Source: Callorhinchus milii | Lineage: Eukaryota | Assembly (NCBI RefSeq): GCF_018977255.1 | Contig: NW_024704743.1 | Span: 32,738,001 to 32,802,000 of the forward strand | Direction: 5' to 3' | Length of the DNA: 64,000 nt | In this document: one piece after another, positions 60,908 through 64,000 of the stretch | How positions within the stretch are numbered: the first letter of the stretch is position 1 | Layout of the letters: each line of letters opens with the position of its first letter | Notes under the pieces: generated by a model | The model's input: the letters and a program-made list of their open reading frames with translations, nothing else | The model's database searches: none | What the model was told of the DNA's origin: nothing | Program-made: the position numbers and the translations under genes

Positions 60908-61684
60908 GTCAATCAAACATTGAGAGAGTTGAGTCCCTAGGTCTTTGTTACGGTGCTCTGGTTTCCTGCTCAGCGGCCTCAAATGTCTAGTCAGAAACTC
61001 ATGCAATTCTTATCTGTAAAAATCAATTGATAACTGATTTTGCCCTTGATGAGGGTCAATATCTGAAGCTGCACAAGGAAACAACTGTGACCAAGGAAAC
61101 AACTGTGAACCTCTGCAGTTGCACAGACTGCACAGGTGTATCAGAACACAGGATTGCTAAACTGGAACAAAATAGATTAAATTGCCACATGGTCATTGTA
61201 ATCCTTTTGTTTTGAACAGCTTAATTTGGGAGATAGTTGATCTATAGCAATAATCACATTAGGTACTTGGGCACAACCTCAAAATAAAAGAAACAGTATT
61301 GTTCAAGGGGCTTTAAAGATTCAAAAGGAATGTTTCTTCCCCCACCCACATTTAATTTTTAAAATTTAAAACAGCTAAAATTGCTCATATATCTCCAACC
61401 AATCTGGCTTCCCTCAGAGAAGTTAGAATCAGTGACATGACAGTCAGACTATTGTATCTGTCACTATCTTGTGCGCACTAAGTGAAGCAGCGACAGACTG
61501 CCTGAAACAGAAAGAGGCAGATGCAGTCTACTCACCAGTTTACATTAGTAAATTCCATTTACATTAGTAAATTCCATTAGTAAATTCCAAGGAATTAGAA
61601 ACACCATTCAATAAATAGATAGTGTGCAGCGTTGAATGCAGCGCTTCGTCCATTTACAAAAAAAATTCAGCAGGAAAAACTCAC

Positions 61685-61819
61685 ATTAAGGAACGATTGA
61701 GCGCTAAATGAGTGCAATATTTTTTTGAATGCATTTGGAAACATCCCCAGTTCAGCTTCTGCTTGTGTTACTTGCTCATCAAGGGCACCTACGTTCTGTC
61801 CTATCATTTTCACAAAGAC
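61685..61819 (-). CDS. BLOC1S4: BLOC1S4 penultimate coding exon (135 bp, phase 0/0); upstream exons not found in the window
   Basis: ctacttttacag|VFVKMIGQNVGALDEQVTQAEAELGMFPNAFKKILHSFSAQSFLN|gtgagt. Cf. remembered human AFVRMVGGRVARMEEQVTKAEAELGTFPRAFKKLLH. Confidence 0.92.
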
Positions 61820-61957
61820 CTGTAAAAGTAGATTAAAATAATTTGGTTAAGGATCTGAAACACACAGAATACCGACTACCCTTTTAAAGAGAACATAAAA
61901 ATTGCTTCAGCAAGTACCCTTATCATCACATTTTACGTCAATTCAAAGGTTTCTATA

Positions 61958-62317
61958 TTAATAATAATCCTTAGATTTGATATAGAGCCTCATCACATCT
62001 TGGAGACGTCTCAAAGAGCTTCACTGAATACACTGTAATGTGAATTGACTATATTTTGTGGATGAAACGCGGCAGCCAATTGCACACAGCAGTATCCCAC
62101 AAACGATCGTGGATTGAAGTGACCAATTTTTTTTTGAAGGAATTATTACCCCCAGAAAAGCGATACGCCAGTCGACTAACAACCAGGCTCCTACTTACTA
62201 CTAGGTAAACAGAGGGGTGTGGAGTAACGAAACTTGCCCTACGTTTCGCCCTGACGGGAATTGAATCCCCTATCTCTCACTTGCAAGCCAAGGGCTCTAA
62301 CTATTGAGCTACAGGAG
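61958..62317 (-). mobile_element. SINE, long variant
   Basis: Reverse-complement head, insert, core and tail. Confidence 0.85.
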
Positions 62318-64000
62318 TTTGTGCTAAACTTGTCATTTTACAGTGACCAAAAGTGTGACTGTTTATTAAGTCTGACAAGGACCATAAGGTCAATCCAATG
62401 GTAATAACCACATGAACGGTTAAAGCTGGGGAGCAGCTGTTTTTTCTGAATGGAATCACAGTTGTGGCTTTCATTGTGTGAACTCAGCTTATTTACCATT
62501 TAGTCACTAACTTTCAACTAGCAGTTGAAAAATGTAATCTTCCAATTTCTGAAGGTAAAATGCTGTAAAAACAGAATTAAAGCATAGAGATCCAAGCTAT
62601 TTAATTTTTTNACCAATCTGGGAAGAAATAATATTTTTCAGGTCAGACAACAGCAATTCTCAACACTGATCAAACTAAAACTAGGATCATTAGTGCTGTG
62701 TCACAGGTGACTGAAGTACGATGACTTTTCTAGCTCTTTCTGTATCTAGTACTGATCAGGAAATTGGCGAAATAAATGAAAGAAGAAAGTCACATTCAAT
62801 ACAGAACCAATTCACACCAGACGCATTCACTTCTCATTTCAAATCCAATAAGATTGCGCCACTGTCTGCCGCAAAAATGAGGATTATACAAACTAAATTA
62901 CAAAAGGCTATTCATCCAACAGTCGTGTCAAACCAAAGTAAAACACACAGCTCATTTGATTTCTAATAAATTTACATTCCTTGGCTGCAGTAAAGTTCCC
63001 TCAGATTGGGTTGTTTGAAAACTTGTTCTTTTTGCTACTGTTACAGTGATCGTACAAGTTAAGAAATGTTATGTGATCAGTACCACAAAGAACAAGAGAC
63101 AATTTAGCTCATGTACAAAATACCATCGTTACTTCTGCAATCTCCTGAGAGAAAGTCATACTTTACTGCTGATCACCAAAACTTTATCAGATCAGCAACT
63201 GACAAAATATCCCCAAAAGATAAATTTGGGATAACATAATAAAACCTGAACTCGGACATACATGGCCTTTAAGCCTGAAATGCTTTCTGCTGCCATGTCA
63301 ACCACTGTGCCAGGATTTCTCTCTTAATTCCCTTCCATCCTCACATGACCTACCTGCTGCTAATTCCTCCGAATTTAACAGCCACTGCACTCAAACAAGC
63401 AAACACCACTCACACTGGTGGAATTTCCTCTCGCAAGAAGAGAGCAAACAAAGAGGATCCCAAGAGGTAGTGGGAAGGAGCAGAACAGTAAAAACAGAAA
63501 CAGAGCAAGTCTTATAACACGAGAATACAAATGCTGCAGTAAGAAAATATTATAAAGCTTCAAATGCTAGTCACCCCTAATGTGCGACTGGAGATATACC
63601 CCATATACAGCATCTCTGATTTATAGTGATTTTCTGTTTAGTAATATATTCTTCACTCAACATTAAATTTGAGGGAACAACGGGACTCTGGAATGTAAAC
63701 GTGAAAGCATCATAGAATGAATGTGCTTTTTCAAGCACAATAATGATCAACTAAAATATGCCAGGACTGTGCCCAAGACTGTTTTGTAAACTAAATCTCA
63801 GGAGCCTCGAATGACATTTATAAACTGTTTGAGGTAAAAGGCATCGGAATCCTGCTTTAGGTGACAGAATTGCAAGTCACTACTATTTATCCCTTCCTCC
63901 AGAAGGTGGACACATTAGGAAAAGACAAACAAATATTGCTTTTGCTCCAGTAGAGTCGCAGTATGTAGGCAACAAATGTTGCACAGAACAGACATAGTTT

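Overview
Eukaryotic (vertebrate) genomic DNA. The Deu-domain tRNA-SINE, L2 and CR1 repeat content is typical of a cartilaginous fish; the species cannot be fixed from sequence alone. Gene order, left to right: (1) last exon of a NUTF2-like gene (+, 791-904). (2) A diverged tandem duplicate of ADNP2, copy A (+, CpG-island promoter ~3.9-4.7 kb, exons 11398-11516 and 12387-15328). (3) An intact canonical ADNP2, copy B (+, promoter ~27.4 kb, coding exons 37371-37478, 41118-41207 and 48076-51201, 1107 aa). (4) The last two coding exons of an intron-containing BLOC1S4/cappuccino (-, 61685-61819 and 58584-58685), convergent on ADNP2. Main discovery: copy A has lost the ancestral ATG (now TTG) and the 90-bp exon. 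However, its CpG-island first exon carries an ATG-initiated frame (4180-4501) ending at a strong donor exactly in phase with the old first coding exon. This would add a new ~110-aa N-terminus with an HMGA-type AT-hook (GRRGRGRPRK) and NLS-like basic clusters to a zinc-finger/homeodomain/PxVxL (HP1-binding) protein. Copy A also has a single -1 frameshift in a C6 run (assembly error or recent disablement), its own acidic 10-aa repeat expansion, and gene-conversion-like tracts identical to copy B. All splicing and function statements are predictions made by eye. No database searches were run, and repeat boundaries are approximate.
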